From the NCBI GenBank assembly GCA_040437565.1, contig JBDOQK010000023.1, positions 248,001-312,000 on the forward strand: a stretch of 64,000 nucleotides of DNA, in the 5' to 3' direction. This DNA is from Albugo candida (taxonomy: Eukaryota). Under the pieces are notes generated by a model. It did not search any database. It worked only from the letters and a program-made list of their open reading frames with translations, and was not told the DNA's origin. A program made the translations under genes and the position numbers. Positions 25,560 to 39,700 of the stretch are shown here, in pieces. Each line of letters opens with the position of its first letter. Position 1 is the stretch's first letter.

Positions 25560-26700
25560 GGTAGAAGTGTTCTTACGCATCAGTCGATCAGGGCATGTTG
25601 ATCTATCGTAATGTCGGCTCGAAGGGTAGAAAATGACCAAGGATCTTCCATCTATGGTGGTCCAGGTCGTGGTGAATAAATTCCACTTCATTTGCAAGAG
25701 CGATAACGTTGTTTCCACGCAATAAAAGTCAGAGGTGCTGATGGGATTCTTCCAAGTTGAAGACAGACATAAGTATAGAGATACCACCGCCTTGCGGTTC
25801 CCCATGATTTTTGAAGACTGCTGAATGATATTTGAGACTTGAGCGATGTCGATAGAGTGTCAAATCTCTTACTGAGCTAATCCGTCTCAAATCATGAAAT
25901 CGTGAAATACAATTTGCTCGTCAGCGTTACAGAATAGCGTAACGCCCCATACCGAGTCGTTTGTGCTTCAAGAGGTTGGATATTCGCTTGTGCTAGGAGA
26001 ACGATACTTTGTCATTCCATCAGATGCGGTTGAGTATGACAATTCTCTTTTTTGCGTGTGATACCGAGTAGGGTTGTCGGCGTAGAGGTTTGTTAGTTGG
26101 TGATGAAGATAATGTGAGCTATTCGTGCATTTTTTCGCGAGCTGCTTTCTCTGGTGGGTTCTCTCTCTGAACAAAGGATTCGGAGCGACAGAAGAATCAT
26201 GTTCTATGCAGCTAGCACGTGATCCATATGGCAAAAAAATACTCTACAACTCGGCGCATTCGCACGTCGCACCCAATGCACAGTGAGTTTGGGAAGCTGT
26301 GCTAAATCAACTTGATTACCTTAGCGGTTTCTGGGGAACAAACAATAATACATCCATCCCGGTCAATTGTACCGCTACCAGGCGAGGAGCAGCTACTTTA
26401 CATCCTCATATCAGAACCACTTTCACTTTGCTGTAAATATCGAAATATCGACCGCGATAATTGACGAATATCTTTATCATTTGGGCGAAACATACTGGGA
26501 ATTTTCTTTGTGACTATGTCCACATTCTCAAGCTGTCCTCCAAGCGTCAATTCTCAACATAAAGCAACACGGAAGTGGTGCCGATGCTACAACAATCGCA
26601 GACGATTGAATCTCTGAAAATGTGGGTTCCTGGACAGAAAAGACAAACCGTTCTCTCACACGATCGAAGAAAGACCGCACAAGATGCATGATATGCTGTT
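25560..26700 (+). mobile_element. Highly degraded Ty3/Gypsy pol relic
   Basis: Fragments in the expected order: IRAC/VD/YRNV (cf. RxCVDYR), VLMGFFQV...RDTTA (cf. DLxxGFxQ..TAF), RYFVIPSDA (RNase H-like), MWVPGQKRQTVL (integrase Zn-finger lead-in). Many stops and frameshifts. Confidence 0.4.
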
Positions 26701-26887
26701 GAGTCTAGGAAGCACAAGCACGCCAGCACCTACACCATACGAGTATTACATGCATTTTAGCATCCCGGCATGGAACCTAAGCGAAGCTATCGCCGATAAT
26801 ATGGTCATCGGAGTGCTTTAATGGGGCAGGTCAGTAGTCAATGGGTATCGCCCGTCTTCTGTGAATTTTCCACAGGCGATCATTTCG

Positions 26888-27817
26888 AATGACGTTATAC
26901 GTGAGTCAGAAGAGCAAGATCGATCGCACTAGTGTTTACCGATGTAAAAGTACCTTCATTAGTTTAGGTGCGACGAATGTGTGCGGATGTTTAACCAAAA
27001 CAAGTGATTCAAGACCAAGAAGTGTCTGAGCGAGGCAATCGATGTAGCATCAGTCACCGATTCGTTTACTGACCGCAGAGAAGATTCTTATGTATCTCTG
27101 CTGAAACGGAGTCAGACTTATGTCAATCAAACATATATAAATATATTACAGCTACATGATGGCACAGCTGACAATGAAGACTAGGGAACGAGCACAAGTT
27201 GTGAATGAAAAAGCGACAGTGCACGAGGCCTTTTGAAGTTTTTATATGAAGAGATATTCCACAATAATATGGATATGGAGAACTTGTCAATGTGAAGGCG
27301 ATNNNNNNNNNNNNNNNNNNNNNNNNNNNNNNNNNNNNNNNNNNNNNNNNNNNNNNNNNNNNNNNNNNNNNNNNNNNNNNNNNNNNNNNNNNNNNNNNNN
27401 NNAATGACGTTATACGTGAGTCAGAAGAGCAAGATCGATCGCACTAGTGTTTACCGATGTAAAAGTACCTTCATTAGTTTAGGTGCGACGAATGTGTGCG
27501 GATGTTTAACCAAAACAAGTGATTCAAGACCAAGAAGTGTCTGAGCGAGGCAATCGATGTAGCATCAGTCACCGATTCGTTTACTGACCGCAGAGAAGAT
27601 TCTTATGTATCTCTGCTGAAACGGAGTCAGACTTATGTCAATCAAACATATATAAATATATTACAGCTACATGATGGCACAGCTGACAATGAAGACTAGG
27701 GAACGAGCACAAGTTGTGAATGAAAAAGCGACAGTGCACGAGGCCTTTTGAAGTTTTTATATGAAGAGATATTCCACAATAATATGGATATGGAGAACTT
27801 GTCAATGTGAAGGCGAT
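26888..27817. repeat. Gap-flanking direct duplication (assembly overlap)
   Basis: 26888-27302 recurs at 27403-27817. Confidence 0.9.
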
Positions 27818-30800
27818 GTGTCAAAGGATCGCCTAATGAAGAAAATCTCTAGCGGTATATGGTGAAATTTTATGCTGGAGAAGAATATGCCGACGTATTG
27901 GATCCTCCTTGCGCAAAGTAATACCCATTGTGGACGACCTCGAAGCCTGAGTTGGTTTCGGGGAGAAGGCTAAGTCGTTTCTAGAATGATGGCGATGAAG
28001 GATCCAATCCATCCGACATTCAATAAGGGATGTATCGACGCTAGTAGAGCTTCTTTAGCAATACGGATCAGGCGATAAAGCGGTTTCGATACAAAAAACT
28101 CAATTGCACCGAGCCAAAAGAGCTCCCACGTGATTTGCTGAAGATATCTTATAGAGGATCCCACGGCCCCCTACTATATGCACCTACCAACCTATCCACG
28201 GAATGAACTGTTCTAATAATCAAATAGTCGATCATGCGAGGGCCGAGGCACGCGCCACCGTCATAGGGCCGTGCTTTCATTTCTTCTATCCAGACTGTAT
28301 AAACAACGTGTCGACCGGGGACCACTTTTGATGAGACACCCGTAGTAGGGGCTTCGATTTGATTGAACAATTACGATCCTGCGACTCAGACTGGTTAAAC
28401 AACAATTAACAATGTTTGTAGGGCAATGTGACAAGTTGACATTACGAATTTATTTGATTCTTTTACATTAACACCCGAATTAACTGTTGACAATGCACCA
28501 CATTTGAAGTACTACCCATTTTTTCTGGCAACCGAGCATATGCTTTATCTCTCAATCTCAGGATGGTATCAATACAACGAATTCTTACAGCATTCAAGCC
28601 ACTAGCCTTGGGTACAAGCAGCTGATACATGCCCCTTTTCAATGAAAAAACTATTTGCACTTTAGTCAAGGAATAACAGATCAGGTAATCTTTCAGGAAG
28701 GCGACAAAGAGCAGCATTGGAAGTTCGCCGCTGGCAAAAATGAAATTAGTGGATTTAATTTTTCTATCGACCCACACCCGAACCAAGATTTACTATGCAA
28801 AACCTGGACGCTCAAATTCAATCTACAGGGGATACTTGTTTCCCAGATTCCGACAAGGGAGCACGGTCACTAGAACCTGGGAAACAAGTAATGTTTGGAG
28901 CCTGCGATTAGGTACCGCTTCATTTGATGATAACCCAATCCTGGCTACGAGACTTTCAGCCATGCATCGGAGAGTCATCGTCCCTCATGCGTATAAAACT
29001 TGGTTAGCAGAAACAGGCGATAAATATTATTTTTCTCTACAGAGTGTGGGTATCAGTTTCAAGTCGCGACGATCAACGTTCGAGTTCCGCAGCAAGATCC
29101 AACACCGGATGCATCGGTATGGCAATTAGGACTGGATGTGATGGAAGAAGTGAATGTTGTACTTACAAAAAGTATTGCGAAAGATGTATCTCAAAATTTA
29201 ACTGGGGAAATTGTATCTCCAGAAAACGCGATGCGTGTTGAAGACCAAATCTAAGATTGGATTGAAGACGGGAACAACCGCAGTTTTCAGATAATGTCCT
29301 GATTAGCAGCTATCTTTTCTCAAAAGCGTAATTGCCATACACTTAATAAATACCCTCCATGGGCTCATTATGAATCTATTCTTTGCCATCCTTTTCTAGA
29401 ACGTTATATATTCCACACGCTATTTGACGCTCTCTGCGTACCTACAGATTCCTCTATGGCCATATATGAATAGAGCAATGCAGTAGATTCTCTGTTGGTA
29501 TCTTGCTAAGCATGACTGTAGACTTTAGTTAGTTACGATCTAATTGCAGCGATGATTGTGTCGGCTACGACCCGAAATTCGTAGCATAAAATGTTGTTAT
29601 TTCTATGTCGGATGCTAAAATCGATACTGGTCCACCAGCAAAACTATATGTTTTGGGTCGCAATACGAGCAGCTACGAGTCGGTAGTGAACCGAGTTCGA
29701 CTCATATATGCATGCAAATTCCATCGCTATCTCAACATAGAATAAGCCACGTAACAGAGGCGGACGGGTCGATAATGATTTGTACCTGAGAAGAGACACC
29801 GCATACCAACCCGTGGTAGTACGAAGAAGCCATGGAAGATCATGTATGTACTCCTGCTCCGAAATCGCTTGTGAAGCGAGATAAAAGTATCTCATAGACC
29901 ATCCAACCAGGCGAAAGCGAGCGTACTTGCGTCCCACAGCGACATGAGTTTTTGTATCCAAAAAATGAATTCCTTACATTCATATCAGTTCTATTCGCCT
30001 GTTCTGTTACACCGCTCACCGACGCATTTATAACTGAGCCGAAGTCTAACTTTATCAACTATTCACTCCGTTCCGAAATTTCGTGATCGATTCTCAAAGC
30101 TGAGCTCTCCAATGTGCCACGGATCAAGGAACGCCACTCAGTTAAGAAGCAGCCATGCGATAGTCGTGGATTTTTACCGGCAGGAATATGGAAGGTGAAA
30201 AAGAAAGCGTGTCGTCGACGCTACTCTCACCGCACAAACATATACTTGAAAGAGTTCGCGGCTGTCTTTATTCTGTTCCATGTAGCGATAATCATACGGG
30301 CGCTTTCTTATAATGGGAAGGTCATCTCGGAACTCGACTCGCCATACTCCTTTATGCCGCAATTACTTTAGATCTTCTGGTGTAAGATATGTAATTAGCC
30401 ACGATCGGTGCTGCTTAAGCAGAAAGCGACAATGTCATGTCAACGGGGCTCGAGGTCGTTATACTTGTCTTATTTCGCAAGCGAGTGGCTCAGCGCCTTT
30501 GAGAAAATATCGGCCTGGCCTATTGAATCAGGCCACAAACGACAGCAAGATGATGGGAATATGTGAAGATGAGCTTCCGCATCACTGGATACCCAAATGA
30601 TTAGATATAAACTTCAAGGCCTTCAGTGTATAGGGATGTGCACACAGCTATAAGAGCGCGTTGATGTACGGAAACTGTCACCTTATACGCGCAAAGAAGC
30701 AGCATACTTGCGGTCAAGTCCTCTGATGTCTGTCATTGAGTTATTGCTCACAAAAAGATGAAATTGCGCATATATGTCCTCTTAGAACCCCAAGTGTGTA

Positions 30801-31253
30801 AAATCTCATAAAGTACATCGTATCAAGCAACGTGTTGCAACAAATGCATATATATGAGGATGAAATGCCAAGAGCCGATATTCTAGTGTGACGCCGATAA
30901 TGCAGGCCTCGCCAACAGGAATCACAAGCTCATTATCACGTTTCCAGTCCTCGCGTTACAACGAATTGTGCCAGAGCTGCACGCAAAGGACCATTACAAC
31001 AAAGGCCTGCTACCGTTCTGAACATGGCTTAAGCCCCAAGTAGTTAGTTTACAATGACAACACTAGCCTGCCAGAACTCTCCTATTGAATCGAAAAGCAT
31101 CCAAGCACACCACTAGCTTTAAGTAGAGGAAGCGAAGCTCAAGTCGCATACGAAAGATCGCCTTCAAACCACCCCGCGGATGCGCTAGCATCAGAAAATC
31201 GAGATTCGTCCGCTGAATTTTACCGGTTTACTCTCCTTCTTCACCACTCATTC

Positions 31254-32583
31254 ATGCATCCAACCACAAAAGCGAGTTCGTTGTCATGGGTTTCTCACGA
31301 GATTCTACTGACAAGCGGCTTTCTCGACTTCTTAACCTCTCATCGCATTGACCTCAGAGATCTCGAAATATCGGATCCATCACGTCGTTACTTTCGGTAT
31401 GCGTTCCTTCTCTTTTTTCATAGTATCGCCGCTAAACTGCATTCAAAGCTGCGCTACACGTACTTCGGAATCGGAAACACTTTGCCAGCTTTTTGAGGAT
31501 TTACAAAGACAGCTCAATGTCTCATCGGACACTCTGAGAGACGTTATCCACGCTTCCTGGCTTCCCGGATTCTACAGCCTTCCAGAGCACATTAAAATCG
31601 CCAGATTGATTGTCTACCGGCAGGGTGATATCTATGGAATGGACATCGCTTCTGGCTACACTGTCGCCCTATTAGATGTCAAACCAGGTACGAATGATCA
31701 ACATCGCAATTCCAAGACATTCAGCCTTGTATCATGTCTCTAGGCGATCATGTATTGGATATCTGCTGTGCTCCGGGAGCCAAGCTTTTGACGATCGCGG
31801 ATGCGCTCAATATGGAAGGAAGTGTGACGGGTGTTGATTACTCTTTGCAGCGTCTAGCAGCATGCAAACAACTGCTGTACAAATATCAAGTCTATGCAGA
31901 GAACGAGAATCATTCATCAAACTCCTGGCGATGTCGTCTTTATCACGCCGATGGACGTACTTTTGAAGTCGGTCCAAAAACAGAGTGCGATCGAGTTGGT
32001 AATGCAGAGTTGATTTTTGATACAAAAACACTCGAGGGAGATAGAGGTACTCGAAAACGTATTAACAAAAGCGCTCGAGCGCGTCAAGCAAGACGGAAAG
32101 AGATTTGGGCTTTTAATTCGGCGCTGTATGATAAAGTTTTAATCGATGCTGAATGCACCCATGACGGATCCATTCGACATTTGCAAAAGCTGAAGACGCT
32201 TCAAGCTTGGTCAGAGTATGTGCAGACACATCTCAACGACACGCAGCTCGAGCGTATAATGAGTCTACAACACGATTTGATTCGGTACGAGTGCCGAGCT
32301 ATCCATTTTCTTACTAAATTTCTCTCTCGTTAGAAATGGATTTCGTCTATTAAAAATTGGCGGAATGATGATTTATAGCACGTGCAGCTTATCCATCCGG
32401 CAGAATGAGGACATTGTACGCGACTTTCTCCTAAACACGCCCACTGCAAACCTCGTTGCTATACGTCCGAATGACAATGTACCTTGTGATCCTGGAAGCC
32501 TGGAAGGAACCGTTCGATTCAGTCCTCGGCGCAACACGAGCGGCTTATTTATCGCTCGCATACGGAAAGTTACGCATCTTTGA
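31254..32583 (+). CDS. NOL1/NOP2/Sun family RNA (cytosine-5)-methyltransferase, 4 exons
   Basis: IYGMDIAS, VLDICCAPGAK (SAM-binding), YDKVLIDAECTHDG (motif IV), IYSTCSL..QNE (motif VI), SGLFIARIRK. Introns at about 31398-31422, 31689-31743 and 32285-32333. Confidence 0.9.
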
Positions 32584-32757
32584 TATCGTCGAGTCGAAGA
32601 CGAATTCTCAGCTGAAAATCACATTTCGATGCTCATCATTAGCGATAGCTTGCGTTTCTATACTTTGAAGGTCAACATATTTATAGCCTCACCGATCGTC
32701 TCGTGACTCAAATGGTTGCTTGGTGAATTCACACTGATATCGAGCGCTTCTTGTCGT

Positions 32758-34384
32758 ATGCGTTCTCGTCCAGTCTCCAGTCCTACACGTCAGATTTTGG
32801 CGCTTCCTCGACCGGATGTCGTCGTCACACAAATCGATGCACATATGCCTGCGGGACCCATACAAGCCACGTATGAAGACAGTACGATTCTGTCACCCTC
32901 ACTTGGCATTCGGAAGGTTCCCGATGAAAACTTTCCAACCAAACATCTCACAAAGTCACAATCTGTGCCAGTTTTGTCAGAGACAAACACAGGATTGAGA
33001 TCGTCGATACTTACGGCTGATCTTAAAGATACCTTCTCGACACATCGATCCCGAGTTCATTATGGTTCCAGGGTCGCTCTCGAACTGAGCAATGGGCATC
33101 TGCTCACAATACAAAGTCCTAATGGCCGCGTTTGTATTTCAGACCCAAAAGTTAATGAACGAGACGAAGTATCTAAAATGACAATCTCACCAAAGAAACA
33201 GATAACAGTGTTCACTTTGGTTCATCTGACGGACACGCAGACTACCGCAGAGCTTCATTTCGGCGATCCGGTGTGGCTCAAGATTTCTAGTGGTAAGGGA
33301 GAGGAAGGTTGGGAGCATGGTGGTGTGCTGGGTGTGAATGTCCGACAAATGCCAAAGCTCAAGCTGGCTGCCTCACGACATTCCACATCAGCCATGGTCG
33401 TCGGGACTCCTTCTCCTCTAGCTGCTTACGTTCCCAAAGTAAGATCAATTGTCGTCCTCCATGAACAAGTTCTTACGAGACTGTGCACAGCACCGAGACT
33501 TTATCGAATTGGAAGAAGAAATCGCTCAATGTCAAAAACGGAACAATTCGTCTGCTCTACTGGGTAAATGGATCATCCGATCGGCCCGTAGAGATTGCAT
33601 CAAAGCGGATATGCATTTGGATTTTGTATGCAATTTTGACGAAATTTTCTTTGAGCAAAATTGGTTCTATCTTGGAGCCAGCTTTCGAACTGAAGACGCA
33701 ATTTTGAGACCTATTGCTGAGCAAGACAACATGTTGTATGACAGGGAAGATGTTTCATCGGACATGAGCCAAATTTGGCGGATTCGACTTTTTGATCAGC
33801 AAGATGTGAACGAGAATCGATTCACCTTGAAGCAGCAGCAACGGGAGCGGTTATTGCTCAAGGCAAGAAGACAGTTGTTGCGCTCTAGAGAAGGACGAAG
33901 TAGACACGGTCGCTCTGAGCTCATCCAAAAGCCGTCATCTCGTCAGCTGGCTGAATTGGCCATATCGACCTCCAGCGATACATTTGCTCAAAAATGGAAA
34001 AAGCATTTTGCGCCTGTCATTTTGAGCTTGGATCCTGCTTCACAAAGAACGCGACTGGAAGCATTAGTGAGATGTGACGATACTTTTGATCCCGTCTGCA
34101 CTTTGGAGGGTGATACATCCGACTCGGATAGTTTGAATACTGGCAGACGGCTGGATGCATCGAATCCTCAAATGTGCGGTCTTTGCAGATCTTCCTCGAT
34201 GGGGTATGCATTGTGCTATCAGACTCAAGAGACTTGTATGGAAATCACTTCGACTTCAGAATGTAGAATCACATCGCTCATGCAGCATGAAGACAAAAAA
34301 ATGGCTGGAATCATTCGATCCAAAATGGAAAAATGTCTGACTGTAGAATCAAAGCAAAAACGACTTACTATGCATCCAGACTGA
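32758..34384 (+). CDS. Conserved-looking hypothetical protein, 2 exons
   Basis: Long ORFs 32716-33567 and 33449-34384 can be joined by a GTAAGA...CACAG intron (about 33440-33490). No motif recognised with confidence. Confidence 0.6.
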
Positions 34385-34444
34385 AGCTCAAGGTGTCGTC
34401 TATCTGTGCCGGAGAAAATATACATTATAGAATAAATGGAGCAA

Positions 34445-35217
34445 TTAGCATTTTCTGAAATCCGAAAAAATTCGCATCAGTCCATTTTCCGGTTGCATTC
34501 TGCGTGCCATCTCAATCGATGGAAGAGTTCCTCGGGTCCAGTCGAAATGCTGGGTATCTACTTGCGAGATTGTAGGCTGTGACTCAATGCCACCTCCAGT
34601 GAGTGAATGCTGTGCTGTGAATGAAGGCGGTGCTAACGGTACATTCACATCATCAAAAAGCGATTCTGTGCAATCATCTCGCTCCATCTCCAATCTTTCC
34701 TTTGAATCCTTCTCTTCATTCCCATTTTGGCGTTTGCATGTGCTCAAATGCATTTCCATAGCGTTTTGAAGCGCTTTGGTAGCGATTGTATACTCATTCT
34801 GTGCGTGTAGTGACTGGTTTCGTGCGAGTTTATCCATTTGTCTCGCTTCCAGACATCGCGGAGCTTCTTTGCTTACGATTTCAAATGGTAAGGAAGCTCG
34901 GTGCTTTAGTCTCCGGAGGCTTACTGTCGCTGCGTGATAGAAATTGGGAATATGCTTACAATTAGCTCGTGTTCGTATCGATGAAATCTCATTATCAACT
35001 TTCCGCTTTGTGATCCATTTTGGGACTCGGATTAAAGTGTGGTCGATACTTTTCTGTCGGGTGATTCGCACCGTTAGTGAGTCGGTATCCGCTTCTGCTG
35101 TCAGCCTTTTACTCGCAATCGTTTGAACGCAATTGGCTGTTGGGATAAAACAGCAGTCAATACGCTTTTTTATAAGCGATACAATTACTCACATGTTTCC
35201 CTTTGTGGGAATTCCAT
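34445..35217 (-). CDS. Hypothetical protein, 2 exons, 238 aa
   Basis: ATG 35217 and a 25-nt exon, then a GTGAGT...CAG intron (35192-35137) that splices in frame into ORF 34445-35071. Confidence 0.6.
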
Positions 35218-35359
35218 TTTCAGGCAATAAATACTTTTAAGTGCGTAAGGAGTTCGAAAGGTATTGAGATGCGCAAGGAGTAAAACGTGGCACTATTTAG
35301 CAGCTTTGTGCAGTGTTTATAAAGCAGTAGTAAACATAATCGTAATACGTGAAAACCTT

Positions 35360-36650
35360 TCATGCTCTCTCGGGAAATCTTGCACAATGCGATTTATTAG
35401 CACTACATGAAGCTTGAGATTGTGCAATTATGGTCGTGTTGTCATCCTGTGTGGCCTCAATGTCATCGAGTGTCAGCGATGCCTTGAAATCATGGCAATC
35501 CAGCAAAAGTGACAAAAGCTTTTGGACGGAAGCGGGGACATGTTTTTTCCCGAGCGAAAATTCATAGCCACTAATTCGTTTTTGAGCTCTTTCGATACAT
35601 TGTCCGAGTTTTGGGCATTGCGAAATGGATGGCACATAATCGCTGCTACATTTCATTGCAAAGGTGTCAATTGGGCAGCTAAAGCAAATTACGCTCACAA
35701 AAGGGCCCGATGTCTACATAATCGATCTGAGCATCAAATGGTTGTCACGCAAATGGAGAAGAGCTTCTTACAGCGCTCGAATGCATCGCAATGCGAAACG
35801 ATTCCGTGCTGGATGTATGAGGGTATCTCCTTGGGATAAAAATTATGAATTCGGAAGATGATGATAGCTGACAGAGCTCATCTAATGCATCAGCTCCTAC
35901 TTGGATCAGCTCTGATACGTAAAAACTGCCCGAAATGGAGCTTTTGACCGCTTCATCGGGCTTTGGAAATTCATACATAGATCGTTTTCTTCTCGCGTGA
36001 TACAGAATAGCTCGACTGATTCGTGACTTTGATATATCTTCCTCAGTTATTGGCCTCCCATACGCTTCAAAGTGGTCAATTGTTCCTTTCAGCTTTTCAG
36101 TGAGCATTTCGAACGAGAAGTGTATGATCTCGTGGACCATCGATACGTTCAACATTGCGCCTCCGGACGATTGTAATTGCCGTGTCGTATTTGTATTCTC
36201 CAAAGCGTTTCCCAATGTATACGAGTGAGCCATCAACAGCAGCTTTTGTTCTTCCACTTTTAAAAGCTCTGGTAAGATTGCACCAAATTGATCAAGAATT
36301 TCGCTTAAAAGGATCCAACATTTGAACTCCATCCAGTCAAGGAAAGTCTCTGATGCGTTACTTGTCGGAACAGCTAGCAATACCATAACATGATTCGGCT
36401 GGTTGGAAATGTAGACCACCTTCCAGCATGGCCAACAATCCATTCTACCGGATGATTCCTGCTTTCCAAGAGCGTACACACTTGCGACCAAAAGCGCTAG
36501 CGAGGAGAATGAAAATGGCGGCAATGATGGGTCTTGTTGCCACCGACGATTACACCAGTGGCTCAATATCCTTCCTGAAGTCGTCGATAATGCACATAAC
36601 ACCGTCAATTTTTCCAAGACGCTTCCATCTACCGTACCTGCCGAAGTCAT
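35360..36650 (-). CDS. Hypothetical protein with a possible longin-like N-terminal fold, 2 exons
   Basis: Start MTSAGTV at 36650. TVLCALSTTSGRIL..LALLVASVYAL..KVVY..VMVLLAV has a longin-like strand/helix pattern. A GTAAGA..TGTAG intron joins it to ORF 35360-35698. Confidence 0.5.
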
Positions 36651-36720
36651 CGTTTTGCGTCGTCTTTTAAAGTACAAAAAGACTTTACGCTCATCACGCG
36701 TCCTTCCCAGCATCCTATTC

Positions 36721-39700
36721 TTAGGATGGTCGACAAAGGTCAAATCCTGAAGGTGACGTGGTCTCACTATCCTTGGAGCCTTCCGCAGCTTCAGCAGTAC
36801 CCGAAGACGTGGTTGATACATCCGTCCAATTATATTGCCGGACTTCGGGCGCAGTAGTAGCTCTTTCACGATCAGGTGGTCTGATCCCTGTTGAAAGTAA
36901 GCGCAGCTTTTCCTCAAGATGAAAAATTTCCCGATCGATATCGCTCACATCCTTTCGAAGATTCGCTTTTCGCTTCTGATACGCCTGGCGCAATACATTG
37001 GAGTCAGTTCTTCCTTGAGTCTTTAGTTGGCGACTAAAATCGGTGTGTTGTTGTTTGATAGCGTCGGCATCTTTCAGATGTTGAGTCTCCAAGTTGAACA
37101 TCGCCTGCATGTGCTTTGTCTTTTGCTGAACGAGTTCACGCTCCAGCTGCACGATTCGATTCAAAAGCCCTTGTTGTTGATCTAAGAGAACGCGTTCTTC
37201 ATGGAAAAACTCACGTTCCTTATCCAAAACTTGTTCCGAAACTCCTTGGACATGCAGATCAGCTCCTCGACGATCATCCTGGGCTTTTTTGAGTGCTTCA
37301 TCGAGTCGTGATCGCTCGCTTTTTAACTCTTGTTCCAAAATGTCCACACGTAACTCGTGCTTCTTGTTCATAGTTTGCATCTCCAATTGAAGATTCTCCA
37401 GATATCCTTTCTTTGTCTCCAGCTCACTTCGCAGTAGAGACCGAACATCGCTCCATTGCTGCGTTGCTTGGTCCAATTCTGCTTCATATAAGCGCTTCTG
37501 ATCTTCACCATTGAAAACTCCACCGGAACTATTTCCATCCGATGAGTCGATCAATGGCGGCATCGACACTTGTGCCAGATCGCACTCAATCTGTCCTAAT
37601 TCACTTTTCATCTCTCTCAGATACGCCTCATACTTTCTCAGCATCGTCTTTCCCATTGAGACAATCGATTTGTACAGAGATGTGGTCATCGCTTGTTCCA
37701 AGACTTCACCTCGCGATGGACCAACAGCCTCGGATTTGTATGTGTTGAGCATTTGATCAATGTTCGATTGGTAGCGTGATAATACCGCCATAATCCCATC
37801 ACAAAATAATTCACGTGGTCTAGTGGAAGCATTTACATAAGTCAGCAAACCTGCGGGTCGTAAAAAGCCTCACCTGTTGTCAATTTCTTTCGTCATTTCC
37901 TCCAAATCGTTCGGTAGGAGCGACTTGATCAGCGTCTCACAGAATAAAATGGAGTTTTGCTCATTACGCTGTAGAAGCTTTTGTAATAAAGCAGCACATT
38001 GCGTCTGCCATTCTTCACGATATGACTTGAGCATCGGTGGGTCCACACTGGCTGGCAATACATTGCATTCTACATCCAAGAATGTATTGATATCGGTGTC
38101 TTGAATCACTTTGAAGTAGTGTGTCATTATATCCCGCTTGGTTGTGAGAATTCCCGCTTTACTGATGTCAGGCATTTCCACGTCTTTGCCGACGTCATGA
38201 GGCTTATTTGGTTCTCCGCATAATTGTATTAGGAACTGATCATGAAAAAGCCGCTTGGCTTCTCCGAGTGCTTTATTGACCAGCGCATTCGCGTGTGCAT
38301 TGACAGCTTCCTGGATGACCGGTGGTTTGGATCGATTCAAAGCATTCACGTACGCTGACAGCATCGCACACCATCCTTTTCCACCTCGAATTGGCTTTCG
38401 CATTCCAAAATTATGCAGCATGCAGTCTTTCGATAAAAAATGCTGACAGAAATCGTCCAATTCTTTGCGAAATTGAGAGCGAAAAGAAGGTATATGATCC
38501 TCTTTCTCGCCCGTTGTAAGGCTTTCGTTTGTCGTCTCCGTCATTCGAGAAAATCCGGTCAGATAGTGTTTTGGAAAAATCAGCTTCAAATACATCCGCA
38601 CGGTGTTCCGCATTACAATCTCATCATTGAAGCCTTCTTCATCGGCCAAAATCTGTGCCAAAAACTATAACAGCAAAAATGAGATCCGCTTTTTGTACGC
38701 ATTCCAGCTGGAAGCACCTCTTGATAGCCGCATTTCTGTCCATCAGATCGCATCCGCCATTTACTCTTGAAATTGGGGCAGGCAAAGATGAACGACGGTG
38801 TATGTGTGCCCAAATCGTCCACTGTCAAATGTTTGATCAGTAAGGAAGACAACCATAATACATATTCACATACAAACATGCTGTGGTTCCTGCGTGTTGG
38901 ATCGAATTCTACAGCACTCGGGCATCTGCTGGAGCCAAGGAAGAAGCTGCTTTTTAAACGATTCGATACTGCAAACTCCATCCAGCTGATAGATGAATAC
39001 GGAAGATAAGAGCATAAGTAGAGTAAGAACTTTTATCTGGTCGTTTTCTGTCAGCATATTTGCATCGCCCTTCTCCTTCGGTGTACGTCTCGTCAGCCAG
39101 AAACGTATTGGAGTATGTACCTCCTTTGTCTCTTTCTCCTTCCATAGCCATATCGCGACGTTAGATGAGCTTACAGAGGAGCAATAGCTCTCGAAAATAG
39201 CCTGCATGAACTGATTATTCGTGGTCGTGCCTGTGANNNNNNNNNNNNNNNNNNNNNNNNNNNNNNNNNNNNNNNNNNNNNNNNNNNNNNNNNNNNNNNN
39301 NNNNNNNNNNNNNNNNNNNNNNNNNNNNNNNNNNNNAATACATATTCACATACAAACATGCTGTGGTTCCTGCGTGTTGGATCGAATTCTACAGCACTCG
39401 GGCATCTGCTGGAGCCAAGGAAGAAGCTGCTTTTTAAACGATTCGATACTGCAAACTCCATCCAGCTGATAGATGAATACGGAAGATAAGAGCATAAGTA
39501 GAGTAAGAACTTTTATCTGGTCGTTTTCTGTCAGCATATTTGCATCGCCCTTCTCCTTCGGTGTACGTCTCGTCAGCCAGAAACGTATTGGAGTATGTAC
39601 CTCCTTTGTCTCTTTCTCCTTCCATAGCCATATCGCGACGTTAGATGAGCTTACAGAGGAGCAATAGCTCTCGAAAATAGCCTGCATGAACTGATTATTC

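Noticed and set aside
36651-36917. Same-strand overlap of the 390-aa ORF with the GBP-like gene
   Set aside because: The extension starts at a non-ATG codon and reads as off-frame sequence; the ATG at 36650 removes the overlap.
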